From contig CAWJQQ010000002.1 in NCBI GenBank assembly GCA_963845065.1, positions 448,001-512,000 of the forward strand: a stretch of DNA of 64,000 bases, in the 5' to 3' direction. The notes under the pieces are model-generated. The model saw only the letters and a program-made list of their open reading frames with translations. It did no database searches and was not told where the DNA came from. Below are positions 49,206 to 61,287 of this stretch, one piece after another. The DNA comes from Nitrospirota bacterium. GTDB taxonomy: Bacteria; Nitrospirota; UBA9217. The translations under genes were made by a program, and so were the position numbers. How positions within the stretch are numbered: the first letter of the stretch is position 1; each line of letters begins with the position of its first letter.

Positions 49206-49388
49206 GTGAACTACCTCGCCTAGAAACCCCATAGTTTTAGGTTTCAAAGAACAGAGCAGAAAAGAGTGCCCCTGGTGTGAAGCATAAGCACTATGATAGG
49301 GCACTGTTAGATATTTTTCATATATACGGGTTCAACGCTTCCTTCCTGCCGCTAAAGCGTGAGGGAGTTCTCGCGTAGAACCCTAAAT
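49206..49388. mobile_element. IS200/IS605-type end remnants
   Basis: GTGAACTACCTCGCC and CCGCTAAAGCGTGAGGGAGTTCTCGCG resemble the reverse complements of motifs at 3050-3120. Confidence 0.45.
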
Positions 49389-49414
49389 GACTCGAACAAA
49401 AGGAATGAAATAGA

Positions 49415-50243
49415 ATGAAGAAAACAGCTCTCATCACTGGGTGTTCCTCCGGTATTGGTAAAACAACTGCTAAATTATTTGCAGATAGGGGCTGGAACGT
49501 CGTCGCAACGATGCGCACGCCCACCGCGGATACGGATCGGGCAGTAGAAACAACGTGTTGGTAACCCGCCTGGACGTTCAGAACAAAGAAAGCATCTACC
49601 AGGCAATCGAGGACGGTACCGCGCGTTTCGGAAGGATCAATGCATTGATCAATGACGCGGGCTTCAGCCTGTTCGGTATTTTCGAGACCATTCCAAAAGG
49701 GAAGGTGCTCGAGCAGTTCGACGTCAATGTCTTTGGCATCATGGAAGTCACTCGAGCCATTCTGCCGCACTTTAAAAAGAATAAAAGGGTGGGATGATCA
49801 TCAACATCAGCTCACGCGCGGGCATCGTAGGCTTGCCGATTCTATCGCTTTATTGCGCCGCCAAATTCGCTCTGGAGGTTTTTTCAGAATCACTGGCCTA
49901 CGAACTCGCGTCCCAAAACATCATCGTTAAGATTGTTGAGCCCAGCGGCGGTATCACTAACACAAACTTCTTCGAACGGATGGGCAAGGAGCAGGCACAG
50001 GGTATTTCGCTTACAGATTACGACATCTTTGTAGCCCGCATGAGTTCGGTCTTCGCCGGCATGCAATCGGGACGGACGAGGTGCAGAGGTAATATACGAT
50101 GCCATAAAGGACGGCACGATCCGGCTTCGCTATTTCGTCGGCGAGGACGTCGGAGGTCTGGTTCAAGCGAAGCGAGAAATGTCCGATCAGAACTATATCG
50201 AGTTCGTAAAATCACGGTTTCCGCCGAAGTTTTAAATTCGTGA
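49415..50243 (+). pseudogene. SDR-family oxidoreductase with multiple frameshifts
   Basis: TGCSSGIG, INDAG, IINISS and YCAAK are split across different frames. Confidence 0.85.
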
Positions 50244-50597
50244 CTATATAAAATCATTACTGACCTTCTATCCTTTCTTCGTACTTTGATCTAAGGAAGC
50301 AGTACGATTTAATTGATGTATATCGCATCGAGCTAAAAAAAAATTGATGCTCGAGAAAAAAAGTTTACACACCTTACATTGAGTTGACACTATTGTCCAA
50401 GACACCTTATTAACTCGGTATCGATAATGTAGAGTATCGTCAGGAATGGAAACAAGCTATTTCGACTATGGGTTTAAATTTGCACTTTATTTGAGTATTC
50501 CTCCCTGTTTTCATGAACTTTCCCCACCTATGAGCTTCCCATTCTTTCACGTTGAGAGAAATCTTAACTCGAAATTTAAAAAAAAACAAAGAATACC

Positions 50598-50650
50598 TTG
50601 ACACATCCTAGCAAGCATGGTATTAATGAAAATGGTTATCAATATCAATT
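50598..50650 (+). promoter_or_regulatory. sigma70-like promoter with overlapping Fur-like box
   Basis: TTGACA (50598), 17 bp spacer, TATTAA; AATGAAAATGGTTATCAAT at 50625-50643. Confidence 0.6.
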
Positions 50651-51046
50651 ACGAAACCATTAGTTGAAAAATTATCTGAGTACCCTGCAAGCTGGTGGCT
50701 TAAATCCACGCGCTAGCGCAGTACCATAAGCAATCTTTTCCTAGAATCCAGGCCGCACGTGGGGGCTGGTGATTTGCAGGGCCGTGTGAATGAAACAAAC
50801 CCTGTTATCGACTATGCGACGGCACACCGTACGCTAAGGCTGCTTGCTTATGCTGAACTTGCTGAGGAATGCCGGCTTGAGGACGGCGTCACTCGCTTGG
50901 AGTATAAGGATAGTGTTCGCAATCTATCCGGATCGCCAAGCGCTTCCATAAGGTATCGTAGAAGTGAATCAGGGGTAAAATGCTCGAGGCCTTTCGCCTT
51001 GAGCATTTATTTGTTTGCAGACTTATCTTGCTTTAGGGGGTATAGC

Positions 51047-52210
51047 ATGTTTATTTTAAATGCCCATGTACGACAAAAGCGCTTCGTTCTAATAGGTGTC
51101 GCAATAATGATTTTCGTGCTAAGCATTGGGTTGAGCATACACTTGTTCCACTCGTCTAGCCATGCTGCCGTACAGGAGACTCCACCACCCGCTCTTGTCC
51201 GTCAAGACGGCAAATTCATCATACCCCAAGGTTCTGTGCTTCGTTCACGGTTGCTCGTGCAACAGGTAACCGTAAATGATAGTCCGCACACGCTCGTGTC
51301 GCCGGCTGTAGTGGAGGCTAACCCTGCACGTACGGTCAACATTCTGCCGCCAGTGGCCGGCAGAGTGGTCAGGCTTGGAGTCAGGCTCGGTGAACGTGTT
51401 GTAAAAGGCCAACTGCTCGCTACGATCGAATCGGGCGACCTCGCGCAGGCTTATGCTGATGACGACAAGGCACGCGATGCGCTCCAACACGCCAAGCAGA
51501 CGCTGGAACGCGTACGCGGCCTGCACGAAGCCGGCGCTGGCTCCCTCAAGGACCTGGAGCAGGCCGAAAGTGACTATATCCAGGCCAAAGCAGAGTTCAG
51601 CAGGGCCGAAGCGCGGCTTGAGGAAATCGGCGTTCCGTTGCAGCCCAATGACGGGTTACGCCTCTTGACAATTACTGCGCCAACGACCGGAAGCGTCACC
51701 GCGCTCACAACTGCACCGGGCACATTCGTCAACGACGTGACTGCATCGCTCATGACCATTGCAAATCTCGATTCTGTCTGGATCACGGCGAACGTACCGG
51801 AGATCAATATTGCTAACATTGCCAAAGGGCAGTCCGTCGACGTATCCTTTGCAGCCTATCCGGGGCAGGTCTTTCACGGCACTGTCGCGTTCATAAGCGA
51901 TGTGGTGGAGCCTGACACGCACCGCATCAAAGTGAGGATAATTTTCTCCAATCCGGGCGACAAGTTCAAACCCAATATGTTTGCCAATGTGAGCTTCAAT
52001 ATATCGCAGAAATCCGAAGTGTTCGTACCGAATTCTGCCTTGCTCATGAATAACGACAGCACAGTCGTGTTCGTCGAGGTTGCGCCCTGGACTTTCATCA
52101 AGCGCCCGGTCCTCCCCGGCTATGGAGAGGGTGATGGCGCCCGTATCGACAAGGGGTTGAAGCCTGGCGACCGCATCATTGTCAAGGGTGGTGTGCTACT
52201 CAATGATTAA
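51047..52210 (+). CDS. RND efflux periplasmic adaptor (CzcB/CusB-like)
   Basis: PVAGRV..GERVVKGQLL, ITAPTTG, KPNMF, GLKPGDRI; ATG with AGGGGG SD. Confidence 0.9.
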   Translation: MFILNAHVRQKRFVLIGVAIMIFVLSIGLSIHLFHSSSHAAVQETPPPALVRQDGKFIIPQGSVLRSRLLVQQVTVNDSPHTLVSPAVVEANPARTVNILPPVAGRVVRLGVRLGERVVKGQLLATIESGDLAQAYADDDKARDALQHAKQTLERVRGLHEAGAGSLKDLEQAESDYIQAKAEFSRAEARLEEIGVPLQPNDGLRLLTITAPTTGSVTALTTAPGTFVNDVTASLMTIANLDSVWITANVPEINIANIAKGQSVDVSFAAYPGQVFHGTVAFISDVVEPDTHRIKVRIIFSNPGDKFKPNMFANVSFNISQKSEVFVPNSALLMNNDSTVVFVEVAPWTFIKRPVLPGYGEGDGARIDKGLKPGDRIIVKGGVLLND

Positions 52211-55200
52211 TCGAATCATCAGCATCTGCCTTCGCAAGCGGTTCGTTGCAATTATGGTGGCAATCCTGCTCGCGGTTTTCGGCTATTATTCGTGGACAAG
52301 AATGTCAGTCGAGGCGTATCCGGAAATCGGCGATGTTACCGCACAGGTTGTCACCCAGGTGCCCGGGCTCGCATCCGAAGAAGTGGAGCAGCAGATCACA
52401 ATCCCGCTAGAGCGTGCGCTGGCCGGCACTCCCGGTCTTGATTCCATGCGTTCAAGCAGTACGTTCGGTCTCTCTCTTATTACACTGGTGTTCCGCGACG
52501 GTGCCGAAGACTACTGGTCGCGTCAACGCATCATGGACCGCATTAACCAGGTCAGCCTTCCTGCCGGCATCCAGCCGGGCCTCGATCCGGTAACAGGCGC
52601 GGTTGGTGAAATCTACCGCTATACGCTGGAGTCTGACACCAAGAACCTGATGGAGCTTTCGGAAATCCAGCGCTGGATCGTTATCCCGGCACTGGAGCAG
52701 GTGCCTGGCGTGGTCAATGTTGACAACTTCGGCGGTTTCAGCATGCAGTATCAAGTTGAACTCGATCCTGCCCAGCTACAGCGTTATGGCATCGGCCTCA
52801 ATGATGTGGTTACGGCGATCGACAACAACAGTTCGAATGCCGGCGGCAGCCGCATCTCGCGTGGCGAGCAGGGCTATGTTATCCGCGGCATCGGCATGGT
52901 ACGTACCCTGGGGGATCTTGGCAATATCGTTGTCACTCAGCGAAACGGCGTCCCAATTCTGGTGCGTGATCTCGGCAGGACGACGTACAGCCATCAGGAA
53001 CGCGAGGGCATCCTCGGCAAGGACAGCAATCCGGACACCATAGAAGGCATCGTGGACCTGCTCAAATATCAAAATCCATCGGAAGTCCTGAAAGGCATCC
53101 ATGCCAAGGTTGCGGAACTGAGCAAACAACTCGGACCTGTGGACGTGCGCATCGTTCCCTACATCGACAGAGACGACTTGGTACAGGAGACGATACACAA
53201 GGTCTCGCATACCGTCCTTGAAGGCATCGGGCTGGTGTGTATTGTGCTGATTCTGTTCCTCGGCAGCCCGCGCAGCGCCTTGATCGCAGCGGTTACCATC
53301 CCCTTCGCCCTGGTGGTCATCTTTATCGTAATGCATTTAACAAAGATGCCTGCCAACCTGTTCTCGCTTGGTGCTATCGATTTCGGCATTATCGTGGATG
53401 GCGCTATCGTAGTGACCGAGGCCATGCTGCGAAGGCGGGAAGCCGACCCCTCCGCTATCCTGAGCGAGCATGATGTGTTTAACACAACGACACAGGTGTC
53501 GCGGCCAATTTTCTTTGCCACACTCATCATCATCACAGCCTACCTGCCGCTGTTTTCGTTCGAGCGGGCAGAAGCCAAGCTGTTCTTGCCAATGGCTTAT
53601 ACTGTGGTTTATGCCTTGTTCGGCGCACTCCTGTGTACCTTTACCCTGATTCCCACCCTCACTTATATGGCCTTTCGCAAACCCCGTCGAGCCTTCCACA
53701 ACCGGCCGCTTCAATGGCTGCAGAACGGCTTCCGCCGGACACTAGAGCTGATGCTGGCCATGCCGAAAATTGCTTATATGATTGGTGTTGCAGCGCTTAT
53801 AGCCGTAATCGGGCTGGGCATGACCACCGGCCGGGAATTCCTGCCCGAACTGGATGAGGGCGCCTTGTGGCTTCAAGTGCAATTGCCGACCGGCCTGTCG
53901 CTCGACAAGGCGAGCGAGATGGCGGGGGAACTGCGGCGCACACTGCTCGAATTTCCCGAAGTATCTTACGCCATCACCCAGCTCGGACGCAGTGATGACG
54001 GAACTGACCCGTGGACGCCCTCCCACATCGAAGCGCCCGTCGGTCTGAAACCATACAATACATGGCCCAAGGGGGAGACCAGGCCGGAGTTTCTGCGAAA
54101 ACTTAACGCCCGCTTTCAACAGCTGCCGGGGTTCCAGATCGGAATTAGCCAGCCAATCATCGATATGGTCTACGATGCGATCGGTGGCGCGCACAGCCCG
54201 CTGGTCATCCGCATTTTCGGCAACGACCTCAATGAGTTGCGCCGCATCGGCGGCGAGATCGTTGACGTACTGCACGGCATCCGGGGCACGGCGGACGCCT
54301 CTATCTTTCAGGAACCTCCGATTCCCCAGATCGCCATTAACATCAACCGCGAAGCGGCTGCCCGCTACGGTATCAACGTATCGGATATTACAAACCTGAT
54401 CCAGACCGGGGTTGGCGGCGCGCCGGTCAGCACGGTCTATGTGGCAGACCGGACGTACAACGTTACCGTGCGGTTTCCAAAAAAAACCCGCAACAATCCT
54501 GAGGCTCTTGGAAAGTTGGATCTGACCACCTCCAGTGGTGCACAAATCCCGCTTTCTGAGGTTGCCCAGATCAAGCTGCAAACCGGCGAAAGCAACATCA
54601 CGCACGAGATGGGCCACCGCGTACTGCTCGTACGAATCGACAATCGGGATCGCGCCCTATCCGATTACCTGGCGGAGGCACAGCGCAAGATCGGCCAGTC
54701 AGTGAGCTTCGACCACAGCAAATATCGCCTTGAATGGGGCGGTGCAGTTCGAGAACCAGCAACGCGCTCAAGCCCGATTAACGTTGATCATGGGCATCGT
54801 GCTAGCGCTCATGACCGTCTTCCTGTTTGCCGAATTCGGCAAGATGCGTCAGACGGTGTTGATCCTCGGGGTGGTGCCGCTGGCGACCCTGGGGGGTCTG
54901 ATCTCGCTCCACCTCACTGGCGAGACGCTGAATGTCGCCAGCGCCGTTGGCTTCATCGCTCTATTCGGCGTGGCCGTGCAAAACGGCATCATTATGATCT
55001 CCAACATCAACCGGGTGCGCGAGCAGGGCGTGGCACTGCGCGAGGCCGTCCTGTCCGGTGCGGTTGAGCGTTTCAGGCCGGTGCTCATGACCGCCACTGT
55101 GGCGAGCTTGGGTATGCTGCCCGCGGCATTGGCCACCGGCATCGGCACCGATGTGCAGCGCGCCCTCGCCACCGTGGTAGTGGGCGGTCTGGGTCTTGCC

Positions 55201-55323
55201 ACCCTGCTCACGCTATTTATTCTGCCGACCTACTACTTCGCCCTGGAAAGATGGGTGGAATTTCGTCAAACCACAAAGCCCGAGGCGCTGGGAGAGGAGG
55301 AACGATCATGTATAGATCAATAA
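52203..55323 (+). pseudogene. CusA/CzcA-family RND permease, one frameshift near 54740
   Basis: EAYP, AIDFGIIVDGA, FLPELDEG; C-terminal half continues in a shifted frame (QFENQQRA..RFRPVLMTA). Confidence 0.85.
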
Positions 55324-56776
55324 TCAATCTTATGTATTTTCTTGGCCGGATGTGCTGTTGGGCTCGGATTTCCAGCGCCCCGTCGCGCCAAATGTTGATC
55401 GCTACACGCAGCAGCCACTGCCTGCGCTAACGGCATCGGTCGACGTCAAGGGCGGCGAGGCTCAACGCTTCATGCAGGGCATGGACATACTCGGTCAATG
55501 GTGGACGCTGTTTCATTCGAAACCGCTCAACGACCTGATTGAGCAAGCTCTCAAGGTCAACCCTGACCTCGAAGCCGCTCAAGCTGCACTGCGAGGCGCC
55601 TGGGAAAACGTCTATGCACAGCAGGGTGCATTCTTTCCCAGTGTAGATGCCAGCTTCAATTCAACGCGTCAACAGACCGCTGGAATCTTGTCCAGTCCTT
55701 TGGCAAACGGCAATAACATCTATAGCCTTCATACCGCGCAGGTTGCTCTGACCTATGCACCGGATGTGTTCGGTGGCATACGACGTGAGGTGGAATCGCT
55801 GAAAGCGCAAGCCGACTCGCAACGCTTTCAGCTCGAGGCAGCTTACCTAACACTGACCTCCAATGTGGTCGCCGCAGCGGTAGAAGAGGCGGCTTTGCGC
55901 GGACAGATCGAGGCAACTGAGAAGATCATCGAGTTTCAGGGCAAATCTCTTAACTTGCTGAAACGTCAGTATGAGCTTGGTCAGATTGCAACTTTAGGCG
56001 TAATTGCGCAAGAAGCGGCGCTGGCACAAACGCAGGCCATGCTGCCACCACTGGAAAAACAGTTGGCGCAACAACGCGACTTGTTGGCCCGTCTTGCCGG
56101 CCGCTTCCCCAGCGAGACACCCGCTGAGAAATTCGAACTCTCATCGCTGCAACTGCCGCAAGAACTTCCCGTGAGCCTTCCCTCCACGCTCGTGGCACAG
56201 CGACCGGACGTGCGCTTCGCCGAAGAGCAATTGCACGCAGCCAGTGCAGAGATCGGTGTCAACATCGCTAACCGGCTGCCGAACATTACCCTGAGCGCCA
56301 ATTTGGGTTCCAGCGCAACCGCGATCAGTCAGTTGTTCACTTCCAGCACCGGCTTCTGGGCTTTGGCCGCAAATCTGACGCAGCCAATTTTCCAGGGGGG
56401 CACATTGCTGCATCGGCAGCGTGCCGCTGAAGCGGCCTACGACCAGGCGGCAGCGGAATATCGCAGCGCCGTGCTTACTGCCTTCCAGAACGTGGCCGAC
56501 ACGCTGCATGCCATCCAATGCGACGCAGATGCCCTGAAAACGTCCTTTGCCGCCGAGAGCGCTGCCGCCAGAAGTCTCACCATCGCGCAGAAGCAGTTAG
56601 AACTGGGCGATGTTAGTTATTTAGAACTGCTTAATGCCGAACAGACATATCAGCTGGCGAAGATTAATCTCGTGCAGACTCTCGCCAGCCGTTATGCCGA
56701 TACCGCGGCGCTGTTCCAGGCGCTGGGCGGCGGCTGGTGGAACCGGTCTGATGTCTTCTCCAAAATTGATCACTGA
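55308..56776 (+). pseudogene. NodT/OprM-type outer-membrane efflux lipoprotein with frameshifted signal peptide
   Basis: ATG at 55308, the lipobox LAGCAVG and the main ORF (WWTLF, RPDV, ALGGGW) lie in three successive frames. Confidence 0.75.
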
Positions 56777-57429
56777 CCACTCCCAAGGTTACTAAGAGGC
56801 TACAAATGTTGCACTCATCTCCGAGCATGCGTTGAAATACGATACCAACGTGCTGGATGTGAAGCCAACAGTTTATCGCATGTACGCTTATTCACTTTTG
56901 GATCTGTCAAAGGCACAATAACGGCTAACGATGTCCTGCAAACCTAGCCAACTGGCTACTGCCACCGTGTTGATGCAATTAAGTGTGGGCATTAGCCGGA
57001 GCATTGATCCGCAGAACAATGGCAAATTACCCTTCACACAGAGTGAATGCTCCCGCAACCAAATATTGTTTGGGGTTTCCAAGAAGGTGGTCCCTTATCA
57101 GGGATAGCCAACCGTTTGGAAGATGCAGTGTCACTTATGAGACTTTCCTCTCGCAAACTCGGTTGTGATTTACATGTTGTACGTATCGTTCTAAGATACC
57201 ATCTTAGAGCCCATGTTAAATCACAGATCAGTCATGTTGCGATATGGGAATCAGTTTTACGATACCAACCAAATTCTGGTGCCTACTCTATACTGAATGT
57301 CAAAGAACTGATTCCTATTTTAGCAAATTGTTACTGGTTGTCAGGTGTTCAGTTGCTGATAGATAGCAATAGACCAATGCATCCCCGACCAAAACGTAGT
57401 TTGGTGGGATCTTCTTGGCGAGGCACGAT

Positions 57430-57461
57430 AAAAAAGGTTGGATAGAAGCCTCTATCCAACC
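57430..57461 (-). terminator. Intrinsic terminator of ntrBC
   Basis: GGTTGGATAGA-4 nt loop-TCTATCCAACC stem followed by T6 on the minus strand. Confidence 0.85.
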
Positions 57462-57511
57462 GTCAGATAATGAACTTGATGAAAGTGCGACATGGTTAAT
57501 TAGTGTGGAAA

Positions 57512-58957
57512 TTATTCTTCTTCCACTTCTTCTTCATCGGTAAACGGACCTTTTATCCCTAGTTCTTTTATCTTTTTTCTAAGCGTGTTACGATTGATGC
57601 CAAGCAGATGCGCAGCACGGACCTGGTTGCCTTCGGTCTTCCGAAGCACGAGCGAGATAAGAGGCTTTTCCACGCGGTGGAGCACCATGGTATAAATGTC
57701 TCCGCGCTCGAGCCCGCCCATGCGTTCCACAAGGTCAGCGAGCTTTTCTTCGAGGAAATTCTCGAAGGAGAGGTGAGCCCCTTGACCCGGTTTGAATATC
57801 TGTGGTGGCAGTGCGTCAGGGAAGATCTTATCTCCCTGAGATAGAGTTATTGCGCGTTGGACTGCATTTTCAAGCTCCCGCACGTTACCCGGCCAATCAT
57901 AAGCTCTCAGTATTTTGAGCGTTTCCGGAGTTAGAATCTTCTTTTTTGCGTCGTTTCCCTGGTATTTTTGCATAAAGAACTCGGCGAGCGGTATGATATC
58001 GTCCTTGCGTTTTCTGAGCGGCGGGATATTGATCTGAATGACATTTAAGCGGTAGAATAGATCCTCGCGGAAACGCTTCTCGCGCACCATCTTCTCGAGG
58101 TTGTGATGCGTGGCGGCAAGCACGCGCACATCGGTCTTGATAGGTTCCGTTCCGCCGACCCGTTCGAACTCCTTTTCCTGCAGTACGCGCAATAGCTTGC
58201 CCTGGAGCGGCAGATCCATGTCCCCGATCTCGTCGAGAAATAATGTTCCACCAGCAGCGGCCTCGAATTTCCCGATCTTACGTCCGGTTGCGCCGGTAAA
58301 AGCGCCCTTCTCATGCCCAAAAAGTTCGCTCTCCAGCAACTCTGACGGAATGGCTACTGAGTTCACTGCTACAAAAGGCCGTCCTGCGCGTTTGCTATGG
58401 TAGTGGATTGCGCGCGCAACGAGTTCTTTTCCGGTGCCGCTCTCGCCGTGGATCAAGACCGTGGCGTCGCTTTCCGCTACGCGACCGATAGTCTTATAAA
58501 TCTCCTGCATAGCGACAGTGTTTCCAACAAGCCCACCCTCGTACTTTTCCCGCACCTCGGCGCGGAGCACGTTTACTTCCTCTGAAAGCCGCCTGACGTC
58601 TATGGCCTTGCGGATGAGGATGTTTACTTCGTCGAGGTCGAAAGGTTTGGTAATATAATCGAAAGCTCCACGCCGCATCGCCTCAATAGCGTTCTGCATC
58701 GTAGCCTGGGCCGTCATGATGATAACCGATGGACCCTTCCCTTCAGTTTGGATCTTATCGAGCGCCTCTAACCCGCCCATCCCGGGCATTCGGATATCCA
58801 TGAGCACGATCGCAATGTCGTCTTCCTTGAGCCGACTAAGCGCTTCGGCTCCGTCTTTCGCAAGAATCGTCTCGAGGCCCGTTTTTTCGAGCGACTTTTT
58901 AAGTACCCAGCGGACGCTTTCGTCGTCATCTACTATGAGTATTTTTTCATTGCCCAT
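57512..58957 (-). CDS. ntrC: NtrC-family sigma54 response regulator
   Basis: Receiver domain, GESGTGKE, GAFTGA, WPGNVREL, Fis-type HTH GINRNTLRKK; near amtB. Confidence 0.85.
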   Translation of the reverse strand: MGNEKILIVDDDESVRWVLKKSLEKTGLETILAKDGAEALSRLKEDDIAIVLMDIRMPGMGGLEALDKIQTEGKGPSVIIMTAQATMQNAIEAMRRGAFDYITKPFDLDEVNILIRKAIDVRRLSEEVNVLRAEVREKYEGGLVGNTVAMQEIYKTIGRVAESDATVLIHGESGTGKELVARAIHYHSKRAGRPFVAVNSVAIPSELLESELFGHEKGAFTGATGRKIGKFEAAAGGTLFLDEIGDMDLPLQGKLLRVLQEKEFERVGGTEPIKTDVRVLAATHHNLEKMVREKRFREDLFYRLNVIQINIPPLRKRKDDIIPLAEFFMQKYQGNDAKKKILTPETLKILRAYDWPGNVRELENAVQRAITLSQGDKIFPDALPPQIFKPGQGAHLSFENFLEEKLADLVERMGGLERGDIYTMVLHRVEKPLISLVLRKTEGNQVRAAHLLGINRNTLRKKIKELGIKGPFTDEEEVEEE

Positions 58958-59067
58958 GATTTCACCTAATCCACGATTCAATCCCTGCAGCCTCTCCCCT
59001 CAATGGAAAGGAATAAGAGAACCGCCGTTCTCAATCCACACCCCCACATTCGATAATCCCACTGATA

Positions 59068-60186
59068 TCATCCTGCCAGCGGCAAATAGACGCTGAACGT
59101 CGTTCCTTCGTTATCTTGGCTCTCCACTCGAATCGTACCGAGATGTTCCTGTACGATCTGGTACGAGAGCGCCAATCCCAACCCCACGCCTCTGTCCTTG
59201 GTCGTAAAGAAGGGGGTGAAAATTTCCTGCAAGTGCTCCTGTTTAATGCCGTGGCCCGAATCGCTTACCTTCACGACCATAAGCTGGTATTTCTTCCCAT
59301 CTGATTGCACGGTGGTGAACAGGTCCGACATCCTAGTCACAACCGTCAGCTTCCCACCCTGTGGCATGGCCTCGATGGCGTTCTTGATGATGTTCAAAAA
59401 TACCTGTATAAGCTGTTCGTCGCTGCCATAAACATCTGGCAGGCTCGGGTCATAGATGCGAGCGAGAACAACGCCCCGTTGCCTTGCACTTTCTTCGTTC
59501 AATAGAAGCACCCGGTCTAGGACGCTGTGAATATTCGAGGCCTTCATTTCGCGTGGCTTAATCCGCGTAAAATCGAGGATTCCTTCGAGCACCTTGTTCA
59601 AGCGATCCGATTCCTTCAAGATTACATCAAGGTACTCCATCAGGCTTTTCAAAGACCCCGTAGCGGCATCTTTGCCGGCCTGGAGTTCGGACTTCATAAG
59701 CTGCGCCGCGCCGCGGATTCCCACGAGAGGATTTTTTACTTCGTGCGCGATTCCGGCGGCAATCATGCCGAGCGTGGCAAGACGGTCGGCCCGCCGCATA
59801 CGCTCCTTGAGGTCCCGAACACCCGTCTGGTCGCGAATCGTAAGGATCACACCGGTGGGGAGGCCTCCATTATCCGTCAGCATGCTCGTGACGATCCCGA
59901 CAGGATGGGGTGGTCCATGCTTTACGGCAATCTCCGCTTCGTAGTCCGAATAGGATCTCCCGGAAGAAACTGTCTTCTCGATCTGGCTTACCACAGCTGG
60001 GGTATCGGATAAGACTGCCCGGATGTTCTTTCCAATAGCATCAGCCGCCGGGATTTCGGTCATCTCCTCGGCCGCGCGGTTCCAGATCCGCACGCGTCCT
60101 TCAACATCGGTAACAGCTACGCCATCGATGAGTCCGGTAAGAATATCAGCGGTAATATCTTTCATGCGTGATGCAGGCGACTTCAT
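59068..60186 (-). CDS. ntrB: NtrB-like PAS sensor histidine kinase
   Basis: PAS domain, AHEVKNPLVGIRGAAQL, YDPSLP, PFFTTK. Confidence 0.85.
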   Translation of the reverse strand: MKSPASRMKDITADILTGLIDGVAVTDVEGRVRIWNRAAEEMTEIPAADAIGKNIRAVLSDTPAVVSQIEKTVSSGRSYSDYEAEIAVKHGPPHPVGIVTSMLTDNGGLPTGVILTIRDQTGVRDLKERMRRADRLATLGMIAAGIAHEVKNPLVGIRGAAQLMKSELQAGKDAATGSLKSLMEYLDVILKESDRLNKVLEGILDFTRIKPREMKASNIHSVLDRVLLLNEESARQRGVVLARIYDPSLPDVYGSDEQLIQVFLNIIKNAIEAMPQGGKLTVVTRMSDLFTTVQSDGKKYQLMVVKVSDSGHGIKQEHLQEIFTPFFTTKDRGVGLGLALSYQIVQEHLGTIRVESQDNEGTTFSVYLPLAG

Positions 60187-60332
60187 AATTCATTGATAGC
60201 ACAATATATTTGAGTATTCAAGAAAATTCATGTATAGTACGTTCCAAATTAGGAATGACGAATGCAGCGTTCAGAGAAGTGACAAATCCGCGCACGGTCG
60301 CATCTCTCGCATTGTCAAGTCCGCATTCGGCT

Positions 60333-61196
60333 ATGCTCAACCTCCGCCTCGTATTCGTTGCCTTAGTCTGGGGCATCAACTTCTCCGCCATCAAGTTTGC
60401 CATCGCGAATTTCCATCCTCTTGGCTTCACCGTAATTCGCTTCGCACTTGCAGCGTTATTTCTGATCGTCGTTATGCTCGCAAACCATGAATCGTTTGCG
60501 ATCGCACGTCGGGACAGCCTCGCCATCATCCGGCTCGGATTCCTCGGAATCACTCTGTACAACATCCTATTTATGTATGGCCTGAAGCTCACCACGGCCG
60601 CAAATTCAGCGCTTCTCATTTCGCTGTCGCCTTTATTCGGGGCGCTTATCAGCGCCGCTTCCGGCAAAGAGCCCATCACTGTCCGCATCGGCGCCGGCCT
60701 CGCGCTGTCGACGGCGGGCGTCGTACTCATCATCAGGAGCCATCATGGCGAATTGAGCTTTGCATCATCGGACGTTGCCGGGGATCTCCTAACGCTCTGC
60801 GCGACGCTCACTTGGGCACTCTACACCATCACAGCTAAACCCTTGCTCGAAAAATACTCCGCTGTCAAAATCACCGCCTACAGTTTCGCTGTTGGAAGCT
60901 TTCTGCTCCTGCCCGTAAGCTTGAACGGTCTTATTCACCAACCCTGGTCCTCGATTACCGCATTGTCGTGGGCTGCCATGGCCTTTGCATCATTCATAGC
61001 GGCAGGCGTTGCTTACGTTTTTTGGTACCAGGGAGTGAAAGATATCGGAGTCACCCGCACAATGGTCTATCATTACATTATGCCTTTCGCCGCGTTGCTC
61101 TTCGCTTACTTTGCACTGGGCGAGCAAATCACCATCTTCCAGTACATCGGAGGTGCGGGAATTCTTTCAGGTGTTTATCTGGTGCAAAACAAGTAA
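60333..61196 (+). CDS. EamA/DMT-family transporter
   Basis: VWGINF, 10 TM segments, LGEQI; start estimated. Confidence 0.85.
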   Translation: MLNLRLVFVALVWGINFSAIKFAIANFHPLGFTVIRFALAALFLIVVMLANHESFAIARRDSLAIIRLGFLGITLYNILFMYGLKLTTAANSALLISLSPLFGALISAASGKEPITVRIGAGLALSTAGVVLIIRSHHGELSFASSDVAGDLLTLCATLTWALYTITAKPLLEKYSAVKITAYSFAVGSFLLLPVSLNGLIHQPWSSITALSWAAMAFASFIAAGVAYVFWYQGVKDIGVTRTMVYHYIMPFAALLFAYFALGEQITIFQYIGGAGILSGVYLVQNK

Positions 61197-61287
61197 CCAT
61201 GATCCGGCCCGGAAGAACGTGGAACCGGTGACGCTTGCACCCTGTCCTCTGATTCACCGATTCCCACAACGTTTCCTCTTTCATGAA

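Noticed and set aside
50759..51046. N-terminal extension of the efflux adaptor given in the ORF track
   Set aside because: The SD and membrane anchor point to ATG 51047; similar over-extensions affect pal, cpoB, nuoJ, tal and the DRTGG gene
56780..57445. 132-aa ORF at 57047-57445 and a short ACGATACCAAC repeat
   Set aside because: No SD or motif; probably decayed DNA that I cannot assign
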